Source: Candidatus Bathyarchaeota archaeon
GTDB taxonomy: Archaea; Thermoproteota; Bathyarchaeia; Bathyarchaeales; Bathycorpusculaceae
Assembly (NCBI GenBank): GCA_963782525.1
Contig: CAWAKC010000007.1
Span: forward strand, 160,001-224,000
Reading direction: 5' to 3'
DNA: 64,000 nt
Position numbers and translations under genes: made by a program. Below, piece after piece: positions 18,872 to 28,826 of this stretch. Numbering within the stretch: the first letter of the stretch is position 1; each line of letters opens with the position of its first letter. The notes beneath the pieces are model-generated. The model made no database searches. It was given only the letters and a program-made list of their open reading frames with translations, and had not been told where the DNA came from.

Positions 18872-21274
18872 ATGCTCAAAGCAAACAGAACATACGCCTT
18901 ATTGCTGTTAATTTTTACTTTCTCATTCCTCTATCGCTTGGTTCTGATGCTCTGGAATTATTTTCCCCCTGGAGCAGACATAGGTTTACACAACAGTGTA
19001 ATTTACTCCATCACCGGGCATGGAAATACGAATTTCATGTATAACTTCTACCAAATGGGTGGAGGTACTTCACTGACTTTTCCAGGATACCACATCTTTG
19101 CTTCAAGCATAATGATGATGACCGGGCTACCTGAATACTGGGCGCAAGCAACAATTGTGGCATTATTCTCATCCCTTATTGTTCTGTGCGCGTTTCTAAT
19201 AACGAAAAAAGTTTGGACGGAGCCAGCCGCCTACGTTGTTGCTTTTTTGGTGGCAATTTCACGTTTCGACATAGAGATGCTCCTGTGGGGAGGCTACCCA
19301 AATGTCATAACTCTGCTATTGATTCCCTTAACATTCTACCTTTACCTGCAAAAAGACCGATTTTCGATAACGCCCTTTTTGGTTTCAACGTCTATTTTGG
19401 CGGGTTCAATATTTTTAACTCACTCGTTGAGTGCAGGCATTTTCGTTTGTGTGACAGCCCTAACTGTGCTTTTTGTCCTGATTTCTCCTAAGACTTTTAG
19501 AACGTCCAGAAAAACTGGTTTCATGTGGCTCCTGCCAATGGTTTTGGGAGTCATAATGGTTCTGCCTTTCTTGGCAAGTGCTGTGCCTACTTATTTGCAT
19601 GATAATTCTTCAGCGCCGGGTGTTTCAGGTGTAAACGACATCAATTCAGCAATTCTTTCGACAAGGATTCTTCCTTTGGAAATGGTTCTACCCCTTTTTC
19701 TAATTATAGTTGGGTTTGCTGCGTTCTCAAAAAGGTACAATAACCGATTTTTTACTCTTCCAGTCCTTCTTCTCTCAGCATGGCTCTTTGTTCCACTATT
19801 CTTAACCCAAGGATACCTGTTCGGGTTCATCATTGACTACAACCGATTTCTGTACTTTGAAATTCTACCCGTAATAATCTTCATCGCTGTACTGCTGGAT
19901 TATGGCGCGAAGTTCTTTGCAGAAACAATAAATAACTACCGTACTTTGGTGAAAAACCAAAGAACAGAAAAATTTCCCAGCAAAGAAACACTCACTGATT
20001 TTGGATCAAAAGCCAAGACAGGAAACAACGGTTTCCGGCAAAGTAGGAGGGAGAAAGCAGAAAAATCAATCGGAAAGAAAGCTGCTTGGCTCTCAACGCA
20101 TTCATCGACTAAGGCGATTTATGCAGGCTTCATCCTATTTTTCCTGCTCTTCTCATTTGTCGCAATTCCTGTTTTTCTAACCCCGATGCAGGGTCTAACC
20201 ATTCAGAGTTTCTACCAAGTTATGAATAATCCAGGATGGGATGCGATACAGTGGGCTAAGCAGAATACACCTACAAACTCTGTGTTTGTTTCTGATGCGC
20301 TCTACGGCTGGTGGTTTATCGGGTTTGCTCAGCGACCCACATTGAGTGCTGTTGACCCACAGTATTTGACAAGTGCTAGAGAGGTAAACCCTTCAAAAAA
20401 CGCCAGTTACCTCCTTGACACCGATTACTTGATCGATAATAATGTAACTCAGGTTCGGGAAGATGGTGGGTACATTGCAAGGCATAATCCAGAAATCTTA
20501 GCTGACCTCAACTGGACCTACTTCCCCTATTCCTTCTTCAATTTTGACAGTAGCCAAAATGAAATTAAGTATGAAGTAAACGGTACCCTTCACTCAGTTT
20601 ACTTATCGGATCTTGAGGTGAAGGAGATGTACATGGAAAAAAGCACAGGTTACGATACAATCATTGTTAGTAGAGGAAACAGCTTTTTCAATTATACACA
20701 GTTTACTACGGTTTATGCAACTTCAAGTTTTGTTAACGTCACCTCAACTCTGGACAGTAACGTACCGGGAGTTTCCCTTGACTGGGTTAACATCAATGTT
20801 CAAAGCAAAGGAACCCAAATTGCCTACGATGACCCACGAACGGTTGCTTTGGTGGATGTTGGTGTAAAAACGTTCGGTCAATTAATCTTTAGCGATAACC
20901 AGCCAAATGTGACAACAAAAGTTGTTGATCCTCTCTTGATTGATTTAGAGTATCAACCGCAGAATAGAAATCATGGAGAAATTCAGATTTTAGCAAGTGC
21001 TTACTCAGCCGACAACAACCCAGACATCTACAAAGATGCAGCAAGCATAAACAACCACTTCTATCCTGTTATAGCTACAAATCTTAAGTCTACTCAAACA
21101 ACAACCAACCTATACATCAAAGAAGCGTTTGATTACCAAAATATGCTCCAAAACTACAATGTTTCCTACATTGCCTGTCGGGTTCCTGAAATGTACCCCA
21201 AATTCCTACTAGACCCAACGTTTAGCCTTGTATTTATTAACAGCGAAGTCGCCATTTTCAAAGTAAATGGGTAA
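18872..21274 (+). CDS. large polytopic membrane protein, GT-C glycosyltransferase-like
   Basis: GADIGLH in first external loop, WGGYPN, many TMs, large C-terminal external domain. Confidence 0.7.
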   Translation: MLKANRTYALLLLIFTFSFLYRLVLMLWNYFPPGADIGLHNSVIYSITGHGNTNFMYNFYQMGGGTSLTFPGYHIFASSIMMMTGLPEYWAQATIVALFSSLIVLCAFLITKKVWTEPAAYVVAFLVAISRFDIEMLLWGGYPNVITLLLIPLTFYLYLQKDRFSITPFLVSTSILAGSIFLTHSLSAGIFVCVTALTVLFVLISPKTFRTSRKTGFMWLLPMVLGVIMVLPFLASAVPTYLHDNSSAPGVSGVNDINSAILSTRILPLEMVLPLFLIIVGFAAFSKRYNNRFFTLPVLLLSAWLFVPLFLTQGYLFGFIIDYNRFLYFEILPVIIFIAVLLDYGAKFFAETINNYRTLVKNQRTEKFPSKETLTDFGSKAKTGNNGFRQSRREKAEKSIGKKAAWLSTHSSTKAIYAGFILFFLLFSFVAIPVFLTPMQGLTIQSFYQVMNNPGWDAIQWAKQNTPTNSVFVSDALYGWWFIGFAQRPTLSAVDPQYLTSAREVNPSKNASYLLDTDYLIDNNVTQVREDGGYIARHNPEILADLNWTYFPYSFFNFDSSQNEIKYEVNGTLHSVYLSDLEVKEMYMEKSTGYDTIIVSRGNSFFNYTQFTTVYATSSFVNVTSTLDSNVPGVSLDWVNINVQSKGTQIAYDDPRTVALVDVGVKTFGQLIFSDNQPNVTTKVVDPLLIDLEYQPQNRNHGEIQILASAYSADNNPDIYKDAASINNHFYPVIATNLKSTQTTTNLYIKEAFDYQNMLQNYNVSYIACRVPEMYPKFLLDPTFSLVFINSEVAIFKVNG

Positions 21275-21288
21275 CTTCAATCAAGACG

Positions 21289-23595
21289 GTGAGCACTGTC
21301 GCCTTGATGAATAAATTTAGAGACATGCAAAAGCTCGAAATTGCATTCATAACCATATTCTCAGTCCTGATCTTGGTTGGTTTCTACACCGTCATATCTA
21401 TGAACGGGGTAATACTCGGCAACGACCCAGCAGTTCATTTGGAAAAAGCAAGAATCTTCCTAAACACAGGTCAAATCCCCCTATCCAACAACAGTTGGAC
21501 ACCACCGCTTTTTGAAATAGTGTTGGCTATGTTCATTTCTTTGGCCGGCGCAACCGACATTGCACAGCTAATTTTTATGGAAAAAGTCCTGACGGTGATT
21601 GTGAACTGGCTTTTGTTTATGTCAGTTTACTTGATTGGAAGCAAATTTTTCAGCAAAAAAGTTGGCGCAGTAGCATCTGTTTTGTTGTTGATGTGTTTTC
21701 CCATCTTTGAGCTTAACCAGTGGGGCGGATACACCACTGTTTTGGGTATTGCATTCTTGATTCTCCTTCTCCTCTATCTGCCGTTGTCGATTGAAAAATT
21801 CGGATATGCACTCGTCACGTTTTTTGTGGCGTTCTCCGTTGTCTTGTCCCACCAGCTTACGACTTTTCTTGCTGCATTTATGCTTCCACCCATACTACTA
21901 TATATGCTGATTAAGTCTCGGGGAGCATTCCTAAAAGTCTTAATCCCGCTAACCGTTGGCGGTGGCATAGCATTTTTTGTCTATTACTTCCAAGCTATGG
22001 TTGGTTATCTCGGGGTAATCGTGGAAATTCTGTTTTTCAGCATAAAAACCTACGCTTACCAGATTCCAGCCACTAGCCTCAATGCCATGACAGTTAATTT
22101 TGGCTTCATACTCTTACTTGCAATCGGCGGATTTTACTTCGCATTTAAAATTCTCAGAGCTAACAAAAAATCAGCGTTTCTCTTGGTTTTGCTCCTCAGC
22201 TTAATTGTGCCATTTTTCTTTGCTTATTCGTACGTGATTGGGTTTTACTTACCGTTTCAATGGTTCGTCTATTACTTGGCACCACCCATTGCAATCTTCG
22301 CAGCTGTTACAGTAGTTTTCCTGTTGCAGAAAGCACCTGTGTTCTATCAGAGACATCAGGCAGGTTTCCGCAAAAGCTGGGTAAAAGCACTCACCATCAC
22401 CTTAATTGTTGTGGTATCTTTGGCGGTTGTTGTACGCTCAGACACTGTATATGGCAAAATTTTGGAAGCAGCCAATTATTACTCAACAACTGACATTAAA
22501 GCCTACGATGCAGGCATTTGGCTAGGAAACAACTACCCAGAAAACGCGACGGTTATTGTAACGCGGGCACCTGGGTTTTGGTTCCAAGAATTTTCCGATA
22601 AAAGCGTAATTGCTCAAACTGACCCAATCGTTGGAAGAAACGAAATCGCTGAGGCAGTTTTGAGTTTATCTTATGAACTTGAGAACCAGCTAACTCTAGT
22701 GAAGGCTTACCAGGCGAAGGGAGACATATCCGACGAAAATTATGTTTCAATGGATAACGTTTGGAACAGGGTTTCTTACTCTTCTGCAAACGGCAACTTT
22801 TTGAACTACACACAAAACGGCGTAGGCTACCGGCTTCAACTCTCAGAATTAAGCAAACAAATCGTTTTTGAAGACCAAAGCTACCCCAAGAAGATAGAGT
22901 TCATTTACGCTAATGACAACATAACCTTAACAGAAACCGTGACAGCACAAAATGACAGCTATCCACTCGGCATTTCTTGGTCAATCACGCCTCAGAGAAG
23001 CGAAATCTCAAACATCACTCTGTACCTGAGCACATTTTTTGATCTCCAATTCAAGTTTGACAAAGCCCAAATTCCCCAGTTGATAGATTGGGTTAACCCA
23101 TGGGATGCCCCCCCAGCCATAACGACTACACATGGAACAGATTGGGCAGTTGCAACTTTTTCAAACACAAGCCTAAAAGACAGTTACCTTGGTCTCTACG
23201 ATGACACAAACAACATAGCCTTTGCGTTCAAGTTTACTGATTTGCCAGATTGGGGAAACATCGGTGCCTTAGCAAACAGACAGATCGATGCAGTGCGGTT
23301 TCAGTATCAATTCAACGATTTAACAGTAAACCAGACGGCTTCACGTTCCTACCAGGTTCTCACCATGTCTAAGAACAGTTACTCACCGCTCCAACCTGAT
23401 TCGCTACAAAGTCTCTTTGGCTTAAAAACGGCCCCATTCACTGTGGCTACCCGCGATTTTAGCGATTACATTGCAGAAAACAACATAGGATTCATCGTTT
23501 ACGACAGAAACCAACTTGACCCACAAATGATCCACAGCAAACTTCTACAGTTAATCTACTCAAACGACCGATACGTCATCTTCAAAGTCATTTAG
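21289..23595 (+). CDS. large polytopic membrane protein, GT-C glycosyltransferase-like (paralog of upstream gene)
   Basis: GNDPAVH, WGGYTT, SHQL, same architecture as the upstream gene. Confidence 0.7.
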   Translation: MSTVALMNKFRDMQKLEIAFITIFSVLILVGFYTVISMNGVILGNDPAVHLEKARIFLNTGQIPLSNNSWTPPLFEIVLAMFISLAGATDIAQLIFMEKVLTVIVNWLLFMSVYLIGSKFFSKKVGAVASVLLLMCFPIFELNQWGGYTTVLGIAFLILLLLYLPLSIEKFGYALVTFFVAFSVVLSHQLTTFLAAFMLPPILLYMLIKSRGAFLKVLIPLTVGGGIAFFVYYFQAMVGYLGVIVEILFFSIKTYAYQIPATSLNAMTVNFGFILLLAIGGFYFAFKILRANKKSAFLLVLLLSLIVPFFFAYSYVIGFYLPFQWFVYYLAPPIAIFAAVTVVFLLQKAPVFYQRHQAGFRKSWVKALTITLIVVVSLAVVVRSDTVYGKILEAANYYSTTDIKAYDAGIWLGNNYPENATVIVTRAPGFWFQEFSDKSVIAQTDPIVGRNEIAEAVLSLSYELENQLTLVKAYQAKGDISDENYVSMDNVWNRVSYSSANGNFLNYTQNGVGYRLQLSELSKQIVFEDQSYPKKIEFIYANDNITLTETVTAQNDSYPLGISWSITPQRSEISNITLYLSTFFDLQFKFDKAQIPQLIDWVNPWDAPPAITTTHGTDWAVATFSNTSLKDSYLGLYDDTNNIAFAFKFTDLPDWGNIGALANRQIDAVRFQYQFNDLTVNQTASRSYQVLTMSKNSYSPLQPDSLQSLFGLKTAPFTVATRDFSDYIAENNIGFIVYDRNQLDPQMIHSKLLQLIYSNDRYVIFKVI

Positions 23596-23657
23596 ACTAA
23601 ATCATCCATTGCTATTGGTCTGCTAAAAACGCTGTTTAGATTTCTTAGGAAGGCCCC

Positions 23658-23861
23658 TCAGCAATAGTACAATTGGTCCAGCGAGTATTCCTTGAATACG
23701 GTACAGTTGAGGCATATGCATCCTGCGGTTGCTGCTTTTTCCTTGGATTTGCCTCTTGCACAAAAAAAGTTACAGGTAAAGTTCGATTTCTTGCGGGTCG
23801 AGCAAGCCGGGCCTAAACAAAGTTCAGTGTTTTCCCCGTTGTCAGAAACAGGATTTCTCAA
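23658..23861 (-). pseudogene. DUF2769-like Cys-rich protein, probably degenerate
   Basis: FCARGKS...GCICLNCTV...YYC retained; N-terminal CxCxxCP eroded to CLGPACS. Confidence 0.5.
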
Positions 23862-23950
23862 AAATTCGCCTAAATAACAGTCTGGTTAAGGCTAATAGTG
23901 GTATGTGACTGCTGCGAATCAGTTATAGAAAGAAAAAGCTGAAAAAGAAG

Positions 23951-24148
23951 TTATTGTTGCTTTTGGCCGCATTGTGGACAAAACTTGGATACTACAGGAA
24001 TTCGAGTCTTGCATCTTGGACAGATTTTTAGCAGGAGTGGTTGCCACAAGAGTGCACCGCAGATGTTGCAGTAATTGGAGTTAGCTGGCACTTGCGAAGA
24101 GCAGTTTGGACAGGTTAAGTACTGAGTGTACATTGGAACTGGAATCAA
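23951..24148 (-). CDS. double zinc-ribbon protein
   Basis: CPNC..CNICG and CPRC..CPQCG. Confidence 0.7.
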   Translation of the reverse strand: MIPVPMYTQYLTCPNCSSQVPANSNYCNICGALLWQPLLLKICPRCKTRIPVVSKFCPQCGQKQQ

Positions 24149-24291
24149 GATGGAAACGGAAAATATGTTGCATTCCCCAAAAGAATATGGGTTTATTCTC
24201 TTTTTTCTTTTACGCTTTTACGCTTAAAAATTATTGGTTAGTAAATGTTAATCAACCAAATCTTCCTTTGCAATAGGCAGGAGAGTCTGGC

Positions 24292-24963
24292 TTGAAGAAT
24301 CTAAAAGGCATCTTAGTCGTTGGCGAAAAAAACATCTTCAAAGAGCTTGCGCAAGTTGTTGCTGTTGCTTCAGAAGCTAACCCTCTCGTTTTGACCATGT
24401 TCAAGATGGGTTACAAAGACAAAGGACTAAGTGAAATAATGCATAAGGTTCAGTTGCTTGAGAAAAAATCAGATGACATCGCCTTCAAAATAAGTGAAGA
24501 CATCACAAGCGGCGCCATAAGCCCGAACATAATAGATAACTTGCTTAACTGTGTCCATGTTGCTGACGACATAGTCGACGTGTACTATTACATTAGTCGA
24601 GAACTAAACAGAATGGCAAAAGGTTACTCAGCAGGCTTTGAAATCAAAGAAGCCGAATGGAATTCAGTCTACGAAAAAATGCTTGCTGTCGCCGAAAAGT
24701 CACTCCTAAAGGTCAAACAAGCTTTATCGTCTCCTTCAATAACGGAGATTTTGGCGTTACGCAAAGAAATAGAAGCGTTAGAAGAACAAGGCGATGAAAT
24801 AAAAGACCAAGGATTCGACAGGCTGTATGGTTTAGCGCCAAAACTGAATTACCTGCAATTCTACCATTACTCCGAACTCTTGCATAAAACCGATGACATA
24901 CTAGATGGCTGTGAAGATTTCGCAGACCTAATTGTTTCTGTGGTTACCTCAATAGTTAAGTGA
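24292..24963 (+). CDS. DUF47/PhoU-like phosphate transport regulator
   Basis: LEKKSDD, LEEQGD, DGCED repeats; upstream of PiT. Confidence 0.85.
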   Translation: MKNLKGILVVGEKNIFKELAQVVAVASEANPLVLTMFKMGYKDKGLSEIMHKVQLLEKKSDDIAFKISEDITSGAISPNIIDNLLNCVHVADDIVDVYYYISRELNRMAKGYSAGFEIKEAEWNSVYEKMLAVAEKSLLKVKQALSSPSITEILALRKEIEALEEQGDEIKDQGFDRLYGLAPKLNYLQFYHYSELLHKTDDILDGCEDFADLIVSVVTSIVK

Positions 24964-24970
24964 CCTGCAT

Positions 24971-25885
24971 ATGGATTGGTTGTCTATCCTTCTTTTGGCG
25001 CTAACTTTTGTTGCAGTAATGTTGGTTTCAGGTAATAACCTGTCTGCTTGTGTTGGTCCAGCAGTAGGATCAAGAATCATAAGTAAACGGTTTGGCATGC
25101 TACTGGGAGCTACAGGGTTTTCGCTGGGTCTCATATTCCAAGGCGTAACCATGACGAATACTGTGGCTAAACTTATGCCAGTTGCGACTTCGCAGTTTCG
25201 AGCGGAAGTTTTGTTTGTGGCAATTTTAGTTTTTGTCGTTGCCGATTTGATTAGGGTGCCAATGTCTCTGAGCATGTCACTTGTAGGTTTGCTTACAGGC
25301 GTGTCGATTGCCAATGGAACCTTAACTGACGGTGCATACATCACTGAGATAGTGGGTTTGTGGGTAGCTGCCCCCCTAATTGCGATAGTCTTCTCTTTTT
25401 ACTTAATAAGAATAATCAACAAAAGACAGCCAAAAAACGTTTGGCATAGGCTACAAACATACAAAATCCTGCTCATTGTTTTAGCTTTTTCCACATCCTA
25501 CGTGTTAGGAGCTAACACCCTTGGTTTGATAGCTGCCACGGGGGGCTTTGATTTGACCACTGCGATATTGTCAATTGCTGCAATTTTCATTGGAACATTC
25601 TATTTGAGTGCAGGCGAGATTCGCAGGGTTTCGCAGGAGCTTTTTCTCATGCGGTACTCAAATGCGACTACAGCACTCTTAACTTCAAGCGTTTTGGTTG
25701 AAGCGGCTACACTTTTGAATATCCCTCTGTCTAACACTCAAGCACTCTCATCCGCCGTTTTCGGGACAGGCATTTCCTACAAATCCAAGTTTGTTTCCAT
25801 CAAGCCTTTTTTGATTACAGTTTCAAGTTGGGTAATTGCTCCATTGTTGAGCTTCGCTATCGGATTAATCATCGCAAAAATTTAG
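24971..25885 (+). CDS. inorganic phosphate transporter (PiT family)
   Basis: GNNLS, PMSLS, GANT, PLSNTQ, WVIAP. Confidence 0.85.
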   Translation: MDWLSILLLALTFVAVMLVSGNNLSACVGPAVGSRIISKRFGMLLGATGFSLGLIFQGVTMTNTVAKLMPVATSQFRAEVLFVAILVFVVADLIRVPMSLSMSLVGLLTGVSIANGTLTDGAYITEIVGLWVAAPLIAIVFSFYLIRIINKRQPKNVWHRLQTYKILLIVLAFSTSYVLGANTLGLIAATGGFDLTTAILSIAAIFIGTFYLSAGEIRRVSQELFLMRYSNATTALLTSSVLVEAATLLNIPLSNTQALSSAVFGTGISYKSKFVSIKPFLITVSSWVIAPLLSFAIGLIIAKI

Positions 25886-26035
25886 TTTCGTTAGGGGCTA
25901 AACTTTTATATACACTTGAATCAAAAAGAGCCCTATAGGGCGTCAACAAAAAGGCAAAGCCGTATTACCAAGCTCCAGATGCGCCGCAAATTTTTTGCCT
26001 AAGATTAACGTATAGTAATACAAAGGTGTCTTTGG

Positions 26036-26244
26036 ATGTGCTTAATCGAATGTCCTTTTTGTAACGAAATTCTTGAAGTTGAACCTACTAATAAACTTCA
26101 CACTGCCTTCTCGTTCGTAAACCCAATATCACATAGTTACTATGGAGAGATTGTGAAAACGAAACATAAGTGCCTAATCAAAACTACAAAAAACAAATTA
26201 AAGTCAAGTGGTATGCTCCACTCGAATACTTCAATCGCTTATGA
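26036..26244 (+). pseudogene. small zinc-ribbon-like gene with probable 1-nt frameshift near 26172
   Basis: CPFC N-terminus; after KHKC the alternative frame reads (P)NQNYKKQIKVKWYAPLEYFNRL*, a more protein-like ending. Confidence 0.4.
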
Positions 26245-26312
26245 TCGATAGCAAAAAATACTGGATTTCTTCAAAAATGAAGTGAGAGCGAAGCTTTTAA
26301 AAGATGATAAAG

Positions 26313-26385
26313 TGCGGTTGCCGGGATTTGAACCCGAGTCGACAGCTTGGGAAGCTGCAGTCCTACCGAACTAGACTACAACCGC
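26313..26385 (-). tRNA. tRNA-Gly(CCC), intronless, CCA not encoded
   Basis: GCGGTTG acceptor stem, anticodon arm GCAGC-TTCCCAA-GCTGT, T-loop GGTTCAAATCC. Confidence 0.95.
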
Positions 26386-26478
26386 AACATTTACCTACAG
26401 AACCGCGGTAGCTATCGCATAGGGATAGTTCATTTGATATAGAAACTTTACTATCAAATCTTTTTGGCGAATCAGTCA

Positions 26479-27315
26479 TCAGTTAAGGATTCTAGTTGCG
26501 TCGACGATGTATCCGCAGTTAGTGAGTTCGCGTATGAGGGCAAGTTTCCAGCTGTCGCGGTCATCGAAGGCTGCGAGCTTTAAGCCTTCAAAATCGGTAG
26601 GGCACTCAAAGTTTGCGCATTCCCGATAGAAGACGAGTATATGGTCTTTACCAAGCTTGCCTATTAGAAAACCAAGTTCAAAAACCACGTCCTGCCTTGG
26701 TCGGAGCCTTCGTTTTGTGGGCGATTCCTTCTTAGCGTAAGCAAAATCATCAGGTGACAGCAAAACTACGGCAAAACCGACATCTTTGTAGTCAGCGAAG
26801 CGTTCAACAATTTTTCTGCCTTGACTTGGCTCCTCACACATAACTACAGGCACAAGCCAAAGTTTAGTCAGAGCATTAGTGATTGCTTGTTTCATTTCAT
26901 CATCGGTACCGCAAACAACGAAAATCCTGCGCCTATCCGAAACAGACTTTGATTGAAATGGATCTAGAGTTTTTTCGGTTGAGGACAAAAATTTTTCAGT
27001 GCAGAGGTATGCGCCTTTGACTTTGCCTTTGAGGATGCTATCGAGGAGATATTTTTTGTCTTTGGCAGCTACAAGGTTTTCTTGGTTAGGAAGGGTTAGT
27101 TTGTCAGCTGTTTCATAGGACCAGAAGATGACAGCTTTATTGACTTTTAGGGGGTTGAGGAGTTTGCCCATGAACCAGAAAGGTTGGCCTGCGGTAAAAG
27201 ATGTGGAGAAGGTGCGTACTAGTTCCTCTTGAGGAACGTTAAATCGAATACCGGATTTACCTGGCTCGGCGTATTCAACATAGATGTGATACTTGGGCAC
27301 TTGCACACTAATCAA
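26479..27315 (-). CDS. TIR-like nucleotide-binding domain protein (Cap12/Pycsar-type TIR) with unknown N-terminal domain
   Basis: IFVVCG, FAVVLLSPDD, RPRQDVVFELGFLIGKLG, PTDFEG. Confidence 0.88.
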   Translation of the reverse strand: MISVQVPKYHIYVEYAEPGKSGIRFNVPQEELVRTFSTSFTAGQPFWFMGKLLNPLKVNKAVIFWSYETADKLTLPNQENLVAAKDKKYLLDSILKGKVKGAYLCTEKFLSSTEKTLDPFQSKSVSDRRRIFVVCGTDDEMKQAITNALTKLWLVPVVMCEEPSQGRKIVERFADYKDVGFAVVLLSPDDFAYAKKESPTKRRLRPRQDVVFELGFLIGKLGKDHILVFYRECANFECPTDFEGLKLAAFDDRDSWKLALIRELTNCGYIVDATRILN

Positions 27316-27415
27316 TGACTAATCAATCGATCTAAGCTCAAAAACCTTACCATACATAAAGGTTAGAAGAAAACGCAAACAAAATCGTTATCAGACAGCA
27401 ACCTACACATTTAGC

Positions 27416-28516
27416 GTGCAAGGAGAAAAGTACATGCCCAAAAACTACACTTACGATGACGCAGGGGTAAACCGCAAAAAACGCGTCGAATCCAAAAAAG
27501 CTCTAAAAATGCTGCAGGAAACTTACCAACACAGTCTCTACAGTGGGGTAATCCATTTGCCGTACGGAAACATCTTTGCCGTTGGTGAGAACACGTTTTT
27601 AGACATGGTCATCGAGGGTGTAGGCACCAAAGTTCTCATTGCACAGTTAGCTCAGAAATATGACACCATAGGCGTTGACGCTGTCGCCATGGCAGTTAAC
27701 GATGTGATTCGTTCAGGCGCAAAACCGCTTGCAATAGCCGATAACATTCATGCGCAAGCCAGTGAACCCACACTCGTAAAAGAATGGTTAAAAGGCATCA
27801 TACAGGGCGCTAATGAATCCGAGTGCCCAGTTACGGGCGGGGAAACAGGCGATGTGGCTGAAATAATAAAGGGTATAGTTGAAAATGCGGGTTTCGATAT
27901 GGTTGTAGCCTCCGTGGGCAAAGTTGGGCGCCAAGAAATCATTACTGGCGAGGGCATCAAGCCAGGCGACCCCATCATCGGTTTAGCCAGCAGCGGCGTA
28001 CATAGCAATGGTATCACGTTGGTAAGAAAGGTTCTCTTTAAGCAATGGGGCGGAAAATACAATCCAACCGACATTCCCGAAGGCTTGGATAGAGAGGTGG
28101 CACTTGAAGTGCTTGAACCAACAAAAATCTATGTTAAACCTCTCCTTAAGCTGGCTCGAGAAGTTAAAGTAAAAGCAGGAGTTCACATAACAGGCGATGC
28201 ATTCACCAAATTCAACAACCTCGCCAACTACTCACCAGGAATAGGCTTTGAATTCAACAATTTTAAGCCTCAACCAATCTTTGGCTTAATCCAAAAAACT
28301 GCAGGTGAACAAGGCTTAACCATAATGGATGAAGAAATGTTTAGAACTTTTAACATGGGGTGGGGCTTCGGCATAATCGTGGACAAAGCTGACATCGACA
28401 AAGCCATGAATACACTTGAACAGGATAGCATTAAGCCTGAGCGAATAGGCAAAGTTACAGCAAAAGAAAGAGTCGTCGAAATCGATTACCAGAACAAACA
28501 TATGATTTTAACATAA
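27416..28516 (+). CDS. purM: phosphoribosylformylglycinamidine cyclo-ligase (AIR synthetase)
   Basis: YDDAGV, EGVGTK, GGETG, SSGVHSNG, HITG, TFNMG. Confidence 0.95.
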   Translation: MQGEKYMPKNYTYDDAGVNRKKRVESKKALKMLQETYQHSLYSGVIHLPYGNIFAVGENTFLDMVIEGVGTKVLIAQLAQKYDTIGVDAVAMAVNDVIRSGAKPLAIADNIHAQASEPTLVKEWLKGIIQGANESECPVTGGETGDVAEIIKGIVENAGFDMVVASVGKVGRQEIITGEGIKPGDPIIGLASSGVHSNGITLVRKVLFKQWGGKYNPTDIPEGLDREVALEVLEPTKIYVKPLLKLAREVKVKAGVHITGDAFTKFNNLANYSPGIGFEFNNFKPQPIFGLIQKTAGEQGLTIMDEEMFRTFNMGWGFGIIVDKADIDKAMNTLEQDSIKPERIGKVTAKERVVEIDYQNKHMILT

Positions 28517-28574
28517 AGTATTGCTTTTTTCTTGACGAAAGCGTTTAAATCCTGATTGCATGATTTAAAAGCTC

Positions 28575-28826
28575 ATGAAATACGCTGCAAAAATCGAAGT
28601 CAGCCTCAAACCCGGACACAGTAATCCGGAAGGCGAAACTACTGCACGTTTACTAATAGAACTCGGCTACAAGGTGCAAGCGGTGGATATCAGCAAAGTC
28701 TACACCGTACACCTCGACGCCTCAACGCTCACTGAAGCAAAGACAAAAACGGAAGAAATGAGCAAACGCCTCTTGGCAAACCCAACCAAAGACAACTACA
28801 CCATAAGCGTCGTTGAAGCCAAATGA
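28575..28826 (+). CDS. purS: FGAM synthase subunit PurS
   Basis: LKPGHSNPEG, LLANP; overlaps purL. Confidence 0.92.
   Translation: MKYAAKIEVSLKPGHSNPEGETTARLLIELGYKVQAVDISKVYTVHLDASTLTEAKTKTEEMSKRLLANPTKDNYTISVVEAK

Noticed and set aside
25900-26480. Integrated element at tRNA-Gly
   Set aside because: No integrase and no duplicated tRNA 3' end was seen in the window.
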